Of a stretch of 64,000 nt of DNA, positions 30,239 to 40,054 are shown one piece after another (position 1 is the first letter of the stretch; each line of letters starts with the position of its first letter). Under the pieces are notes generated by a model. The model was not told the DNA's origin. It did not search any database and saw only the letters and a program-made list of their open reading frames with translations. The stretch is from Nitrospirota bacterium (GTDB taxonomy: Bacteria > Nitrospirota > Nitrospiria > Nitrospirales > Nitrospiraceae), in the NCBI GenBank assembly GCA_963703955.1, contig CAVPGK010000013.1, positions 1 through 64,000 on the forward strand, read 5' to 3'. The position numbers were made by a program, and so were the translations under genes.

Positions 30239-30592
30239 ATGAGCGTCCGCGATCTCAGATTGATGGGCATGATCTTGTCTCTCTCCGGCTTGATGGTCAT
30301 GGGCATGGCAGGCTCTGCCATGTGCCAAGCAAGCGGCGAGTCAGCGACTCCGGCTCAGATTGTGAAGGGTGATGTTCTCGACATGGAGGGTGAATTCTAT
30401 GTGGTCAAGGATATCAGTGGCCATGAGATGCGCCTCCATGTGAACAAGGACACGAAGATGGAAGACCGGATCAAGGTCGGGGACAAAATCGAAGCACAAG
30501 TGACCTCCGAAGGATATGTGAAATACATCAGGATTCAGATCCCAGATGCCCCATCAAGCAGACCGACCCCTCCAGCCATGCCGAGGGAGTGA
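30239..30592 (+). CDS. Secreted small beta-barrel hypothetical protein
   Basis: Signal peptide, VKGDVL...EMRLHV...IKVGDKIEAQV. Confidence 0.65.
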   Translation: MSVRDLRLMGMILSLSGLMVMGMAGSAMCQASGESATPAQIVKGDVLDMEGEFYVVKDISGHEMRLHVNKDTKMEDRIKVGDKIEAQVTSEGYVKYIRIQIPDAPSSRPTPPAMPRE

Positions 30593-30694
30593 CAAACCTA
30601 GTACAAGCGCGGGCCGGGATCAATTCAAGGTGGGGCAGATTCCAGTTTCGCCGCTCAGCCGTCAGGAAGTGAAGCGCGTCGGCAAGCACGAGCC

Positions 30695-30940
30695 TCAGGC
30701 GGGGAGCCCAGCCCCTGGCTTTCCTTTACCCGGCTGCGGCCCGGTGCGCTCACCGTTCCGTCCCCCACGTTGCCGTGCGACTCTTCCGGATGACGTCGAT
30801 TTCCGCACCCGCCGGGCGTGCGAGAAATGCGGGTCCTTTCCCATGCCCATGGAGCCTTTCAGCCGGCGCCACACGCTTCTGAAGAGAAACACCGCCAGCA
30901 CATAGCCGAAGACATAGAGAAATCGCCAAGCGGTCCGCAT
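30695..30940 (-). CDS. Small basic membrane-anchored protein
   Basis: GGAG RBS, one TM helix, Arg/Gly-rich tail. Confidence 0.4.
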   Translation of the reverse strand: MRTAWRFLYVFGYVLAVFLFRSVWRRLKGSMGMGKDPHFSHARRVRKSTSSGRVARQRGGRNGERTGPQPGKGKPGAGLPA

Positions 30941-31319
30941 GAAATCAACTCCGGGCGTAGAAGCTCTTCATGTTCCTGCGCGACTGAGTCTTGATCCGCA
31001 GTCCTGCGAGCATCGCAAGGGATTGTCCATCTATATCATAAGTGAAGGCCTACGGTGATCCTCCGAAGGAAGGAAATTGCCTTTTTCCTGGGGAGGGATG
31101 AGAGAGGTCAAGGGGAGCTACCCGTCGAATTCTCTCTCATGGATCGCGCCCACAGACCATGGTACTAATACAGCATACGTGTATAAACGTAAGACTTTGT
31201 CTCATTGTGTCTCGCTAAGAGTTCTACTATATAGTCATCTGTCGTTCAATCGTGCTTCGTCAGGGACCTTCCTGATAGAAGATTTGGCTCAACTCTAACT
31301 ACAAAAGGGGGGAGATACC

Positions 31320-31601
31320 TTGAACCGACACACTATTCAACGGCGCGGATCTCGTGCAGATAGGAAGCAGGGGAGAGGGGGGGGCGGACATCTGCTCACC
31401 CCGCGACAGTTGGAAATTCTGCGTCTCGTTTCGGAGGGACTGACGAATCGGGAAATCGCGGACCATCTGGAGATTAGCGTGCGGACGACTGAGGTGCATC
31501 GGTTTAATCTGATGCGCCGTCTCAAAGTTCGCAATGTGGCGCAACTCCTTCGTCAGGCGCTGATCCTCCGGCTCCTGCCCGCTCATTTTAGTCGAGTGTA
31601 G
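31320..31601 (+). CDS. Stand-alone LuxR/GerE-type HTH regulator
   Basis: LTPRQLEILRLVSEGLTNREIADHLEISVRTTEVHRFNLMRRL. Confidence 0.85.
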   Translation: MNRHTIQRRGSRADRKQGRGGGGHLLTPRQLEILRLVSEGLTNREIADHLEISVRTTEVHRFNLMRRLKVRNVAQLLRQALILRLLPAHFSRV

Positions 31602-32031
31602 ATGCCGGAGGCCTAGACGCCATGCGTCTCGCCGACCGTAAGGGGGACGACCTCTGATCGCGCTCGGAGAGCCGCTTCGTCAGTCCTCTGTGCGCGCCGT
31701 TTTGGGTCTCAACTCGCCCGCACGTTTCTGGAGACGGGCGATCTTCTCCTGCGCGGTCATGGTGCCCGACATCGGGCTTCCGCTTGTTTTCCCGCAAAGC
31801 AGCGGACTGGCTGGTTTCCCAGGTATTTACCGACCGCGATCGACCTGCTGCTTGGCCTCGTCTCAAGCGTGGTCCGGGCGGAGGCCTTGCACAACGCTTC
31901 AAGTTCGATCAGTGTTTGCGTGAATACAAAAACACTTGCCTTTCTGTGAAAATTCGCTAACTATAGGCACTGAAGCGATACAGGCTGACCGCTGCCGCGT
32001 CAACCGCGCAAATCGACAAGGAGGCCGAGCC

Positions 32032-32958
32032 ATGCCGCTCAGGAGAATGGGCTTCGCACGGAAAGGACTGCTGACGCTTGTGCTTCTCTGTGCGGCGGCT
32101 GTCGGTCTCTCGCCGTGTGGGACGTGGGCTCAGACGCAGAGTAATAATCAAATCGGCTTCATCATTGCCACAAAAGGGAACGTGTCCATTACGTCCAAGG
32201 CGGCGCTGCCCCGGCCAGCCGCGCTCCGCCAGGATATCTACCCGGAAGACACGATCAAGACCGGGCTCAACGCCTCCACGAAGATCCTGTTTGACGATAG
32301 CACTATGCTGAGCATCACCGAGAACACGGAGATCACGATTACCGAACACATCTATGATCCGAAGGTTTCCAAGTGGATCTCGATCTTGAGGATGGCGCGA
32401 GGCCGAATCAAAGCGGTGGTTGCGGACATTTATGATGCCGGAGGCTCGCGCTTTGAGATACACACCCCAACAGCAATCGCCGCGGCGCGCGGAACGGAAT
32501 ACGTGGTGTGGACCTTTTTGCAAAAGGGCCGACCGGCCACAGGCGTTGCGGTCAACGCGGGAACTGTAACGGTCACCAACCCAGCCGGCCAGAAAGTTAC
32601 GGCGGCAGGCGGTTTCTACGTGCTGGCGCCAGCGGATATCCCCATCAGCACGCCGGCACCGGTTGTGCAGGACCCGCAGATTCAACAGTTGGTTCAGGAG
32701 TCAGAGGTCAAGACGGACCCCAGCGTCCTGCCACAGGTCAAACTCGCGCAAGCTCAAGCTCCCTCGCCGTCGGTTGCCCCGATTGTGGAGGGTCCGGTTC
32801 TAGAGAGAATTCCCGGCGGGCAGTGGGTCTATTACGGTGGTGGAGGAATCTCTGCCACTATGGGGAGCACCAATACGCCGTGTACGATAGTCAGTGGGAG
32901 CGGCTTTCTACCGCTTGGCTGCACGCCCAGCATCAATCCGCCCCACGTCGTCCCATAG
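32032..32958 (+). CDS. Secreted FecR-domain protein
   Basis: AAGGAGG RBS, signal, DTIKTG, ILFDDST, FEIHTPTAIAAARGT. Confidence 0.85.
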   Translation: MPLRRMGFARKGLLTLVLLCAAAVGLSPCGTWAQTQSNNQIGFIIATKGNVSITSKAALPRPAALRQDIYPEDTIKTGLNASTKILFDDSTMLSITENTEITITEHIYDPKVSKWISILRMARGRIKAVVADIYDAGGSRFEIHTPTAIAAARGTEYVVWTFLQKGRPATGVAVNAGTVTVTNPAGQKVTAAGGFYVLAPADIPISTPAPVVQDPQIQQLVQESEVKTDPSVLPQVKLAQAQAPSPSVAPIVEGPVLERIPGGQWVYYGGGGISATMGSTNTPCTIVSGSGFLPLGCTPSINPPHVVP

Positions 32959-32973
32959 CACGTCGTCCCATAG
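32944..32973 (+). repeat. Perfect 15-bp tandem duplication including the stop codon
   Basis: cacgtcgtcccatag x2. Confidence 0.9.
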
Positions 32974-33028
32974 TTGGAAAGCCGAAATGGGCCGAGAGTG
33001 GGGCGCACGTTTCAAAACGATCTGATGA

Positions 33029-34243
33029 TCAGTCTTGATCCATCACAGACTGTAAGACCGTTTGGAATCGTTCGATCGCTCGTTGCTTGTCCAACACGGC
33101 TTCAAAGTACCGCCGGCCTGCAACCCCAAGACGCTCGCGTTGCTCTGGGTCGCGCGCAAGATCGCGAATCGCGGACGCAGCGGATTCACTCTCGTCAGGG
33201 GCGAGCACTAGACCGCAGCCGGCGTCTCGAACCACAGCACCCGCTTCGCTTCCCTCCGGTCCGATAAAGATCACGGGACGCCCCACGGCCATGATGCTGT
33301 ACACTTTACTTGGGACGCTCAGCCCTTCCATGTCGGTCCGGAGGCTCACCAGATGGATATCGCCGGCCGATAAGCTGAATCGCAAATGCTGTTGGGATTG
33401 ATAATCGATGAACCTCAGATTGGTGAGACCTTCCCGACGCCCGCACTCCTCTAAATGAACCTTCCCTTTTCCATATCCCATGAACACGAAACAGACCCCC
33501 GACATGCCATGCAGGGAGCGAATCACGCGCAGCAGCGAGTCGGCGTCATGGACGACACCCAGATTTCCCGAATACATGACGACCAGATGCTCATTCAGAT
33601 GGTGCTCTTTGCGGAACCAATTATCATGAGCAGGGACGGGCCCCAGAGACTCACCATCTGCCCAATTGGGAAGCCGGACGACCTGCTCTTGCGGGATGCC
33701 GGCGCGCTGAAGATGTTGTTCCATGCAGCGGCCCACGACAATGATACGGTGAGAAGCCTGAAGTGACCGATAGGCGATTCGAGTCAGCGTTCGCGCCAAC
33801 CATCCGTCTTTGAGAATCCGAGCCCGCACGGCATTCTCGGGAAACACGTCCTGCAACCAGCAGATCGTCTTCCATCCTTTCAGTGGCCGGAGGAACGCTG
33901 CTAAAAAGGACAGCAGGGGCGGATCCGACCACACGATCAGACAATCGATGTTCCGAGAGCGAGCCGTGGCCCACCCAGCGGAGATATAGAACGACACATA
34001 ATCCGCAAGCCGACCCAACGCGGCACGACGTCCAAATCGGGTAGACCAGACGCGCTCGACCGTCACGCCTTTGTAACAACCATGAGGGGGTCCGATCCGT
34101 TTGCCATCCAAGTAGCCCGCTCGCCCGGTCACGACCGTGACGCCAATTCCTTGCGACGCCAACTCTTCTGCAAGGTCGGTCAACAACCTCGCCGTCGCCG
34201 ACTGGTCGGGATAGAAAAACCGATTGATGAAGAGAAGACGCAT
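33029..34243 (-). CDS. Glycosyltransferase family 4 (WcaI-like)
   Basis: NRFFYPD, WLQDVFPE, MYSGNLG, VPSKVYSIMAVGRP. Confidence 0.92.
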   Translation of the reverse strand: MRLLFINRFFYPDQSATARLLTDLAEELASQGIGVTVVTGRAGYLDGKRIGPPHGCYKGVTVERVWSTRFGRRAALGRLADYVSFYISAGWATARSRNIDCLIVWSDPPLLSFLAAFLRPLKGWKTICWLQDVFPENAVRARILKDGWLARTLTRIAYRSLQASHRIIVVGRCMEQHLQRAGIPQEQVVRLPNWADGESLGPVPAHDNWFRKEHHLNEHLVVMYSGNLGVVHDADSLLRVIRSLHGMSGVCFVFMGYGKGKVHLEECGRREGLTNLRFIDYQSQQHLRFSLSAGDIHLVSLRTDMEGLSVPSKVYSIMAVGRPVIFIGPEGSEAGAVVRDAGCGLVLAPDESESAASAIRDLARDPEQRERLGVAGRRYFEAVLDKQRAIERFQTVLQSVMDQD

Positions 34244-34348
34244 GCTTGGGCAACCTTCGATCGCTTAGGATGGCTCAACATTCAACGACTTTTTGCAGAA
34301 AAACTCAAGAAAGGAGGGGGAAGATATCAAGAGATGAATGGCTCTCAC

Positions 34349-35275
34349 TCATCCCCGCCTTTCGAAAGGGATCGGTCGGCTAGCTTTCATGTCGGTTGAT
34401 GTGTGCCCGATATTGTGCCGCTGTCTTTGTTGCAACTCATAATAACAAGCGTCCACGTAAAATCTAAACCAGAATCCGTGCAAAACGTGATAAATCAGGC
34501 CCGGCGTACCGTCAAGGAAGCCGCCTCGCACAACGTATCGCTCCAAAAAGTAGGCCAATGCCCGGAAAAAAAGAGGGGCCTTTTCGTATATGCGTGCTCG
34601 GAACCATCGACGACGCTCAATTGGTGATCCGGCAAATCTGGGCCTTAATAGCTCAACCTCTCCACCATCAATGCCTTTCAGCAGCCGACTCGCCTCCATC
34701 TGCGCCCAGCGATTATGCCGAGCAGTCCACGAATAGAGCGACAGCGCGGTGATTTCAACAAGGTCCGCCTCAAGTCGAAGAGTTGGACCGTCGACAATAA
34801 AGTGTTGATCGTATTCTCTATCCTCGCATCGGCCGCGGTCTTTTCGGAAAATTCGACAATGATAGGTCGGATAAATACCGCCATGCTTGATGTGTCTTCC
34901 TGAGAATTCAATCAGGCGTCGGACGAGCAGCCCATCTACCGGCTGGTCCGACGAAGTCTTGTTAAAAAACTCCCTCAGCTGAGCGTCCAGTTCGGCTGAT
35001 ACGCGCTCGTCGGCGTCGATATGAAATACCCAATCATGGGCCAGCGGTAGATTAGCCTGTGCCCAATTCCGCTGGCGAGCGTAATTGTCAAACGGGTGCT
35101 GCACAATCTTGTCGGTATAGTTGGCCGAGATTTTCAACGTACGATCGGTGCTACCGGAATCTACAACAAATACTTCGCTTGCCAAAGCGGTGACGCTTCG
35201 CAGGCAGGGTTCAATGTTTACTTCTTCATTGTAGGTTAGGACGATAACGGACACGGGGATTGTTTGCAAAGTCAT
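34349..35275 (-). CDS. Glycosyltransferase family 2
   Basis: IVLTYNEE, VVDSGSTD, IDADE, GFLDG. Confidence 0.92.
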   Translation of the reverse strand: MTLQTIPVSVIVLTYNEEVNIEPCLRSVTALASEVFVVDSGSTDRTLKISANYTDKIVQHPFDNYARQRNWAQANLPLAHDWVFHIDADERVSAELDAQLREFFNKTSSDQPVDGLLVRRLIEFSGRHIKHGGIYPTYHCRIFRKDRGRCEDREYDQHFIVDGPTLRLEADLVEITALSLYSWTARHNRWAQMEASRLLKGIDGGEVELLRPRFAGSPIERRRWFRARIYEKAPLFFRALAYFLERYVVRGGFLDGTPGLIYHVLHGFWFRFYVDACYYELQQRQRHNIGHTSTDMKASRPIPFERRG

Positions 35276-35284
35276 GCTGAGGTC

Positions 35285-35983
35285 TTACCCAATGATTTGT
35301 GGTGTATGCCCGGGCACCCCCGTCTTGCGTGCAATAACAAAATGGGACATCCAGAGAGGCCAACATCTGCCCACTCCTCCCCATGAGATCGCCGTAAATC
35401 CTGCACGCTCTAGGCAATCACAAAGTGATTTTCGGGTGTAAAAGCGTATGTGAGAAATATATGGGTTATAGTGTCTTTCGAAGGCGACTAAAGCAATCAG
35501 TAGATTTTTGGCCAGACCATGATAGGGCACGGTGAGCACAAGCAGTCCACCTTGAACCACAACGCGATTCAGTTCTGCCAATCCGGCATGCACGTCCAAA
35601 ACATGCTCCAAGACCTCGGTACACCACACAGCCGAAAAACCTCCTTCTTTAAAGGGAAGCCCTGCCTCTATCGACGCAACAACAAATCGGCCAGGGGGAA
35701 AGATGGTCTTGGCCTTGGCTGCAGCGATTGACGAGATATCTATGCCGATAACTTTGTATCCGACATTCGTAAGGAAATGGCTAAACTCACCATTGCCGCA
35801 GCCTGCATCCAATACAGGAGCGCCTTCTGCTAATTCAGCGAGTGCCTTCTTGAGTTTGGCTTTGCGCTGACCAATAGCAAATCCGTGACCTACCGGAAAA
35901 CCTGCTTGTTCCCAGTAACGATCATAGAACCCACCGACCCTCATGAAAGGCAAATCATCGCTCGTTATCAAGACTTTGAGCAA
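35285..35983 (-). CDS. Class I SAM-dependent methyltransferase
   Basis: VLDAGCGNG, EVLEHV, LVLTVP. Confidence 0.9.
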   Translation of the reverse strand: MLKVLITSDDLPFMRVGGFYDRYWEQAGFPVGHGFAIGQRKAKLKKALAELAEGAPVLDAGCGNGEFSHFLTNVGYKVIGIDISSIAAAKAKTIFPPGRFVVASIEAGLPFKEGGFSAVWCTEVLEHVLDVHAGLAELNRVVVQGGLLVLTVPYHGLAKNLLIALVAFERHYNPYISHIRFYTRKSLCDCLERAGFTAISWGGVGRCWPLWMSHFVIARKTGVPGHTPQIIG

Positions 35984-37147
35984 TTAGGAAATGGTTGATT
36001 CGGAGCGAATGGCTGCTTCTTGATATGCTCCTAGTGTCAACCTTGCAGTCTGTTCCCAGGAAAAATCTTTCACGCGAATAGACCCGCGCTCAATCATTTT
36101 GCTTCTATATTCCGAATCAGATGCAAGGAGGTAAATTGCATCGGCAAACTGGTTAGCATTATCAGGGTCGACGAATATGGCCGCATCACCCGCCACCTCT
36201 GGCAATGAGGCTCGGTCAGAGGCGACCACAGGAGTCATGTACGACATGGCTTCCAGCAGGGTTAGCCCGAATCCTTCAAAGTTGGACGGTGATGCATAAG
36301 CAAGTGCACCTGCGTAAAGAGCCGGCAAGTCTTCGCGAGCCACGTAGCCAGGGAGGCACACGAATTCGGTAAGCCGCAAAGACGCTGCTATCGATTCAAT
36401 TTCTTTTTTGGCTCCATAGTCACTCCCGGTAAGCGCAAGGGTTAGACCTCTTGTGAGGGGGCGTCTGTGTAATACCTCCAGTCCCCTGACCAATGAAACG
36501 GCGTTCTTGTGTCTCCCCATACTGCCTACGCTGAGGAAGTAGGGCCGTCGAATCCGATGTTTCGCACACACTCTTGCAATCTGTTGTTCTGTCAGCTGCC
36601 TGGAAGTCTCCGATAATTGTCTGTCTAAAGCGAGCGGAGTGACTGTTACTTTGTGGGGCGGAATGCGGAGGTACTTAACAATATCGCCCTTTGAGTATTC
36701 AGATATAGTAAGCACCTTTTTGCAACGGTGAGCGGACCACGGCACTAATAGCCGCCAGAACGTCAGCTTGGGCTCGCCAATGGATTCCGGAAAGACCTTG
36801 TAAAGCATATCGCAGATAGTGACAACCCCTGGTACACCGGACAATATGGGCCAGGTGTACGAGGGCGAATGCATGACGTCAAGAGATAGCCTGTTGGCAA
36901 CAATGGGTAAGTAGATCTGCTCCCATGCTATTCTCCTTATTTGCGGACGAGCGCGAATATCCACCCTGACTCGTTGAAAGTTCGCTTGATCGATTTCAAA
37001 CGTTCGGTCATTGTCGGAGTTGGTGAACAGATAGTAATGATTTTCGCTGTCTAGCTTGGACAGAGAGGCGAACAAATTCCGGACATAGAATTCAATGCCG
37101 CCGGACATATTAGGTAGCAATGCAAGCAGATTGATACCGATCTTCAT
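35984..37147 (-). CDS. GT-B glycosyltransferase (family 4)
   Basis: FEGFGLTLLEAM, SLPEVAGDAA. Confidence 0.92.
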   Translation of the reverse strand: MKIGINLLALLPNMSGGIEFYVRNLFASLSKLDSENHYYLFTNSDNDRTFEIDQANFQRVRVDIRARPQIRRIAWEQIYLPIVANRLSLDVMHSPSYTWPILSGVPGVVTICDMLYKVFPESIGEPKLTFWRLLVPWSAHRCKKVLTISEYSKGDIVKYLRIPPHKVTVTPLALDRQLSETSRQLTEQQIARVCAKHRIRRPYFLSVGSMGRHKNAVSLVRGLEVLHRRPLTRGLTLALTGSDYGAKKEIESIAASLRLTEFVCLPGYVAREDLPALYAGALAYASPSNFEGFGLTLLEAMSYMTPVVASDRASLPEVAGDAAIFVDPDNANQFADAIYLLASDSEYRSKMIERGSIRVKDFSWEQTARLTLGAYQEAAIRSESTIS

Positions 37148-38745
37148 GCTGACCTACCCTGTGGCCGACCGGCAATCGACTCGTAGGCACTCGGCTTCCC
37201 TATCACATCTCGTGTCTCTCGACGACCTCCAATTTCTCGACTCAACAAGACGATCAATGCACTAGCCATGACAGGATAAAAAAATCCGGGGCTCAAAAGT
37301 CGGTAAGAAATAAATATCCAGACAACTAACATGATTCCAAGTGCGCTGGTATAGGGGTCACTGTTGGCCTCGACCTTCGACAGGAAACTGTCGAGGCGGG
37401 CTGTCAGCCATCCTAAAAGTCCTCCGATCATCATAGGGCCAATCCATCCCCAGCTCATGTAGTATTGACCTACAATGCCTGGAAGCGCTGTTCCGCCTTG
37501 CATGTAAATGTCCACATTCCAGCGAGACATGGTGTAAAACCAGACCAATTCCGTTGCCGGTTTCTCCGGCCAAATGAACCTGGGAATCGGAGATACAAGG
37601 AACTGTACGAAGACGCTCTCTTTGAAAAAGTCATGATCTTCCGGAACGAGTCTCACTGCGAAGAGTGTTTCCTTGAAGTAGTCAATGGTTCCCCCCAGGG
37701 TGAACCATTCTTGGAACAGAAGGCTGTAAATCTCTGAGCGTGTATAATCTGCGCGATAGAGCATCTGGAATTGAAGGGCAACGATGACGACAGTCAATAC
37801 AATGAGACATACAACAACGGAACACAATCTTGAGCGTTGCCACAAGACCGAAATCAACATGATCAAATAAGGAAGAAGCACCAGTGCAAAGATCGATCGC
37901 GTTCCGTGATCAAAATAGATTGTGATGGTAATGACGAAAGCGACCACCCAAACAACTAGTCTGGCTAATTTAGAGACGCCTTTATCGAGAGTTGCAGCCC
38001 ATAGGAGACACGCTCCGCTCACCATCGCGCTGGATGTCACATAGGTAAAAGCACTAATCGCATTGCCGAGGTTCTCTGCCTGTAGCCATGGCTTTTCAAT
38101 AGCGCGACTCTCGATAATCCCCGATATGATCGTGGAGATACTGCCGCCGAGCGCAAGGTAGCTTGATATTCCCAAGAAACACCCGACCAACGATAGACCA
38201 ATGATACGGCTCCCGTTCGCCCTCGGATATGTAGTCCCATTAGGAATGGGAGACGCGTGAGACGATGAGAAGAATAACGATGAAATAAGCCCGCACAATA
38301 GGAAGAGCGAAAGATAGGCTACAGACCATATTGTGGTTTCCGGATCAATAAACACATATATGTTCTGGTCTAATGCATAGTCGGGAAGAAAATGACTGAT
38401 GAAGGCAGGATAGGAGTACCAGAAAACAAATCCCGCAATAAAAGTAAGGCTCGCCAACTTGCCGAGCGTAATCCCCCTTCTCATGCGGGTAATGAGTGCG
38501 CTGATTGAAGAAAAGAACAGAAGAAAGACGAGCGCGGGCACAGCTTCGGCGTTAAATGACTCCAGTGCAATCATCGCCAACGATGTGGCGAGGGGGATAC
38601 CTGCCAACCCTCCTTCGACAAGTATCGGGGGCAATCTGCGATGAGTGGCTTTAAGTGGGGCAGCAGCCTGTCCACGAAAGTCTGTATTCATCTGCTCGGG
38701 AGAAAGCATTCTCACGACGACACCTTGAAGATGTGAAATCTCCAC
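37144..38745 (-). CDS. Wzy-type O-antigen/EPS polymerase
   Basis: More than 10 TM segments, GTRS, PIPRFIWPEKP, GQYYMSWG. Confidence 0.75.
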   Translation of the reverse strand: MEISHLQGVVVRMLSPEQMNTDFRGQAAAPLKATHRRLPPILVEGGLAGIPLATSLAMIALESFNAEAVPALVFLLFFSSISALITRMRRGITLGKLASLTFIAGFVFWYSYPAFISHFLPDYALDQNIYVFIDPETTIWSVAYLSLFLLCGLISSLFFSSSHASPIPNGTTYPRANGSRIIGLSLVGCFLGISSYLALGGSISTIISGIIESRAIEKPWLQAENLGNAISAFTYVTSSAMVSGACLLWAATLDKGVSKLARLVVWVVAFVITITIYFDHGTRSIFALVLLPYLIMLISVLWQRSRLCSVVVCLIVLTVVIVALQFQMLYRADYTRSEIYSLLFQEWFTLGGTIDYFKETLFAVRLVPEDHDFFKESVFVQFLVSPIPRFIWPEKPATELVWFYTMSRWNVDIYMQGGTALPGIVGQYYMSWGWIGPMMIGGLLGWLTARLDSFLSKVEANSDPYTSALGIMLVVWIFISYRLLSPGFFYPVMASALIVLLSREIGGRRETRDVIGKPSAYESIAGRPQGRSA

Positions 38746-38756
38746 GTATTCAGTTG

Positions 38757-40013
38757 CTAACTCGTCACACGTACACTTCCATGATCATGATGGCCTTTCA
38801 CATCGTTCATAGTGAGAATGTCAATGACGGCCTTTTTGAAATTGTCACGGAAATTGTCCACCGAATATGTACGGCGAGTGGATTCCTGAACACGCGCTGA
38901 TCTCTGCCGGCACTCGTCGACCTGCATCGTGCTTGCCTTAAGAACAGTTGAGCGAATAGTTTCAACCTCGCAATCTGGGAATACAATTCCCCAGTCTTCC
39001 ATGTTGATATTGGCAGTGTTTGGCAGAATCGGTATGAGACCATGTCCCATGCATTCTAGGACAGCTCCTGGTTGGCCTTCAGTGCATGTCGTCGAAATGA
39101 CCCAATTGCAGCGGGCCGCCACAGCACTAAATCGTCGAGAGCGCATCTTGAGAAAACCGTGAACATGAATATTGGGGCATCCAGTTAATTCATGACGATA
39201 GACTTCCGCAAAATCCGACTCCAAATGCTGGCAAATATGCAAGTGCAGTCGGGTTCTTGCAAAAGCCTCCAACAGCAAATCAAGCCCTTTGAGGACACTG
39301 CCGCGACCACTGAAAAATAGAAAATGCCTCAGGCCCTCCCCGTAGTCCTTGTTCCGCCAAGCGTCCCGTTTAATGGGGAAGATCGCATTGTTCATTCCTA
39401 TGACGTGTCGGAATCTCGAATACGTTTCGACCGCGAACTCATTTCCCAAGCAGATAATTCCATCTGCAATCTGGTTCGCGTACTCTTCATCGAACAACAC
39501 AGAACGGTGGAGCGGAAGCAGGAACCCTCTTCGTAATGCAAGTTCATGAATCCTTCTGGCCAATCGGGCATTGCCCTCACGCCAGTAGATGCCTGTGGAA
39601 AAGTAGATTCGAGGCGTACTGTCTGGCAAACACCGAGAAAGCCGTTCAAAATTTATTCCGCCATGTCCGATGAACAAATCATATGGTTGTGAGGGAACCC
39701 ATGATCGATTATCGAAGTTAGCAATGTCTACGACGTAGCCTAACTCATTCAAAGCCCGTGGAATCTGTTCAGCAATCCCGCGATTGCTGAACTTGGTTCG
39801 ATCTCTGAGGATCGGTGGCAAGAGGAGAGGAAGAACGAGATATGATAAGAGAGCTCTACGAGCGGGATTCCCTGACACAAATTCATCGAATCCAGGGATA
39901 ACGCGATCCGAGGCTAGCTTGGAAACCCGCAGACGAATGCCATCTATGAGTTTCTCTATCACGTTTATTGTAGGACCTTTCAGAGGGTTCCCTTCTCTCC
40001 TTGTGGATTGCAC
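38757..40013 (-). CDS. GT-B glycosyltransferase
   Basis: KGLDLLLEAF, EGQPGAVLECMGHGLIP. Confidence 0.82.
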   Translation of the reverse strand: MQSTRREGNPLKGPTINVIEKLIDGIRLRVSKLASDRVIPGFDEFVSGNPARRALLSYLVLPLLLPPILRDRTKFSNRGIAEQIPRALNELGYVVDIANFDNRSWVPSQPYDLFIGHGGINFERLSRCLPDSTPRIYFSTGIYWREGNARLARRIHELALRRGFLLPLHRSVLFDEEYANQIADGIICLGNEFAVETYSRFRHVIGMNNAIFPIKRDAWRNKDYGEGLRHFLFFSGRGSVLKGLDLLLEAFARTRLHLHICQHLESDFAEVYRHELTGCPNIHVHGFLKMRSRRFSAVAARCNWVISTTCTEGQPGAVLECMGHGLIPILPNTANINMEDWGIVFPDCEVETIRSTVLKASTMQVDECRQRSARVQESTRRTYSVDNFRDNFKKAVIDILTMNDVKGHHDHGSVRVTS

Positions 40014-40054
40014 TTGAATTCAACGGACGCAAAAATATTCTTGGCGCATATCAA

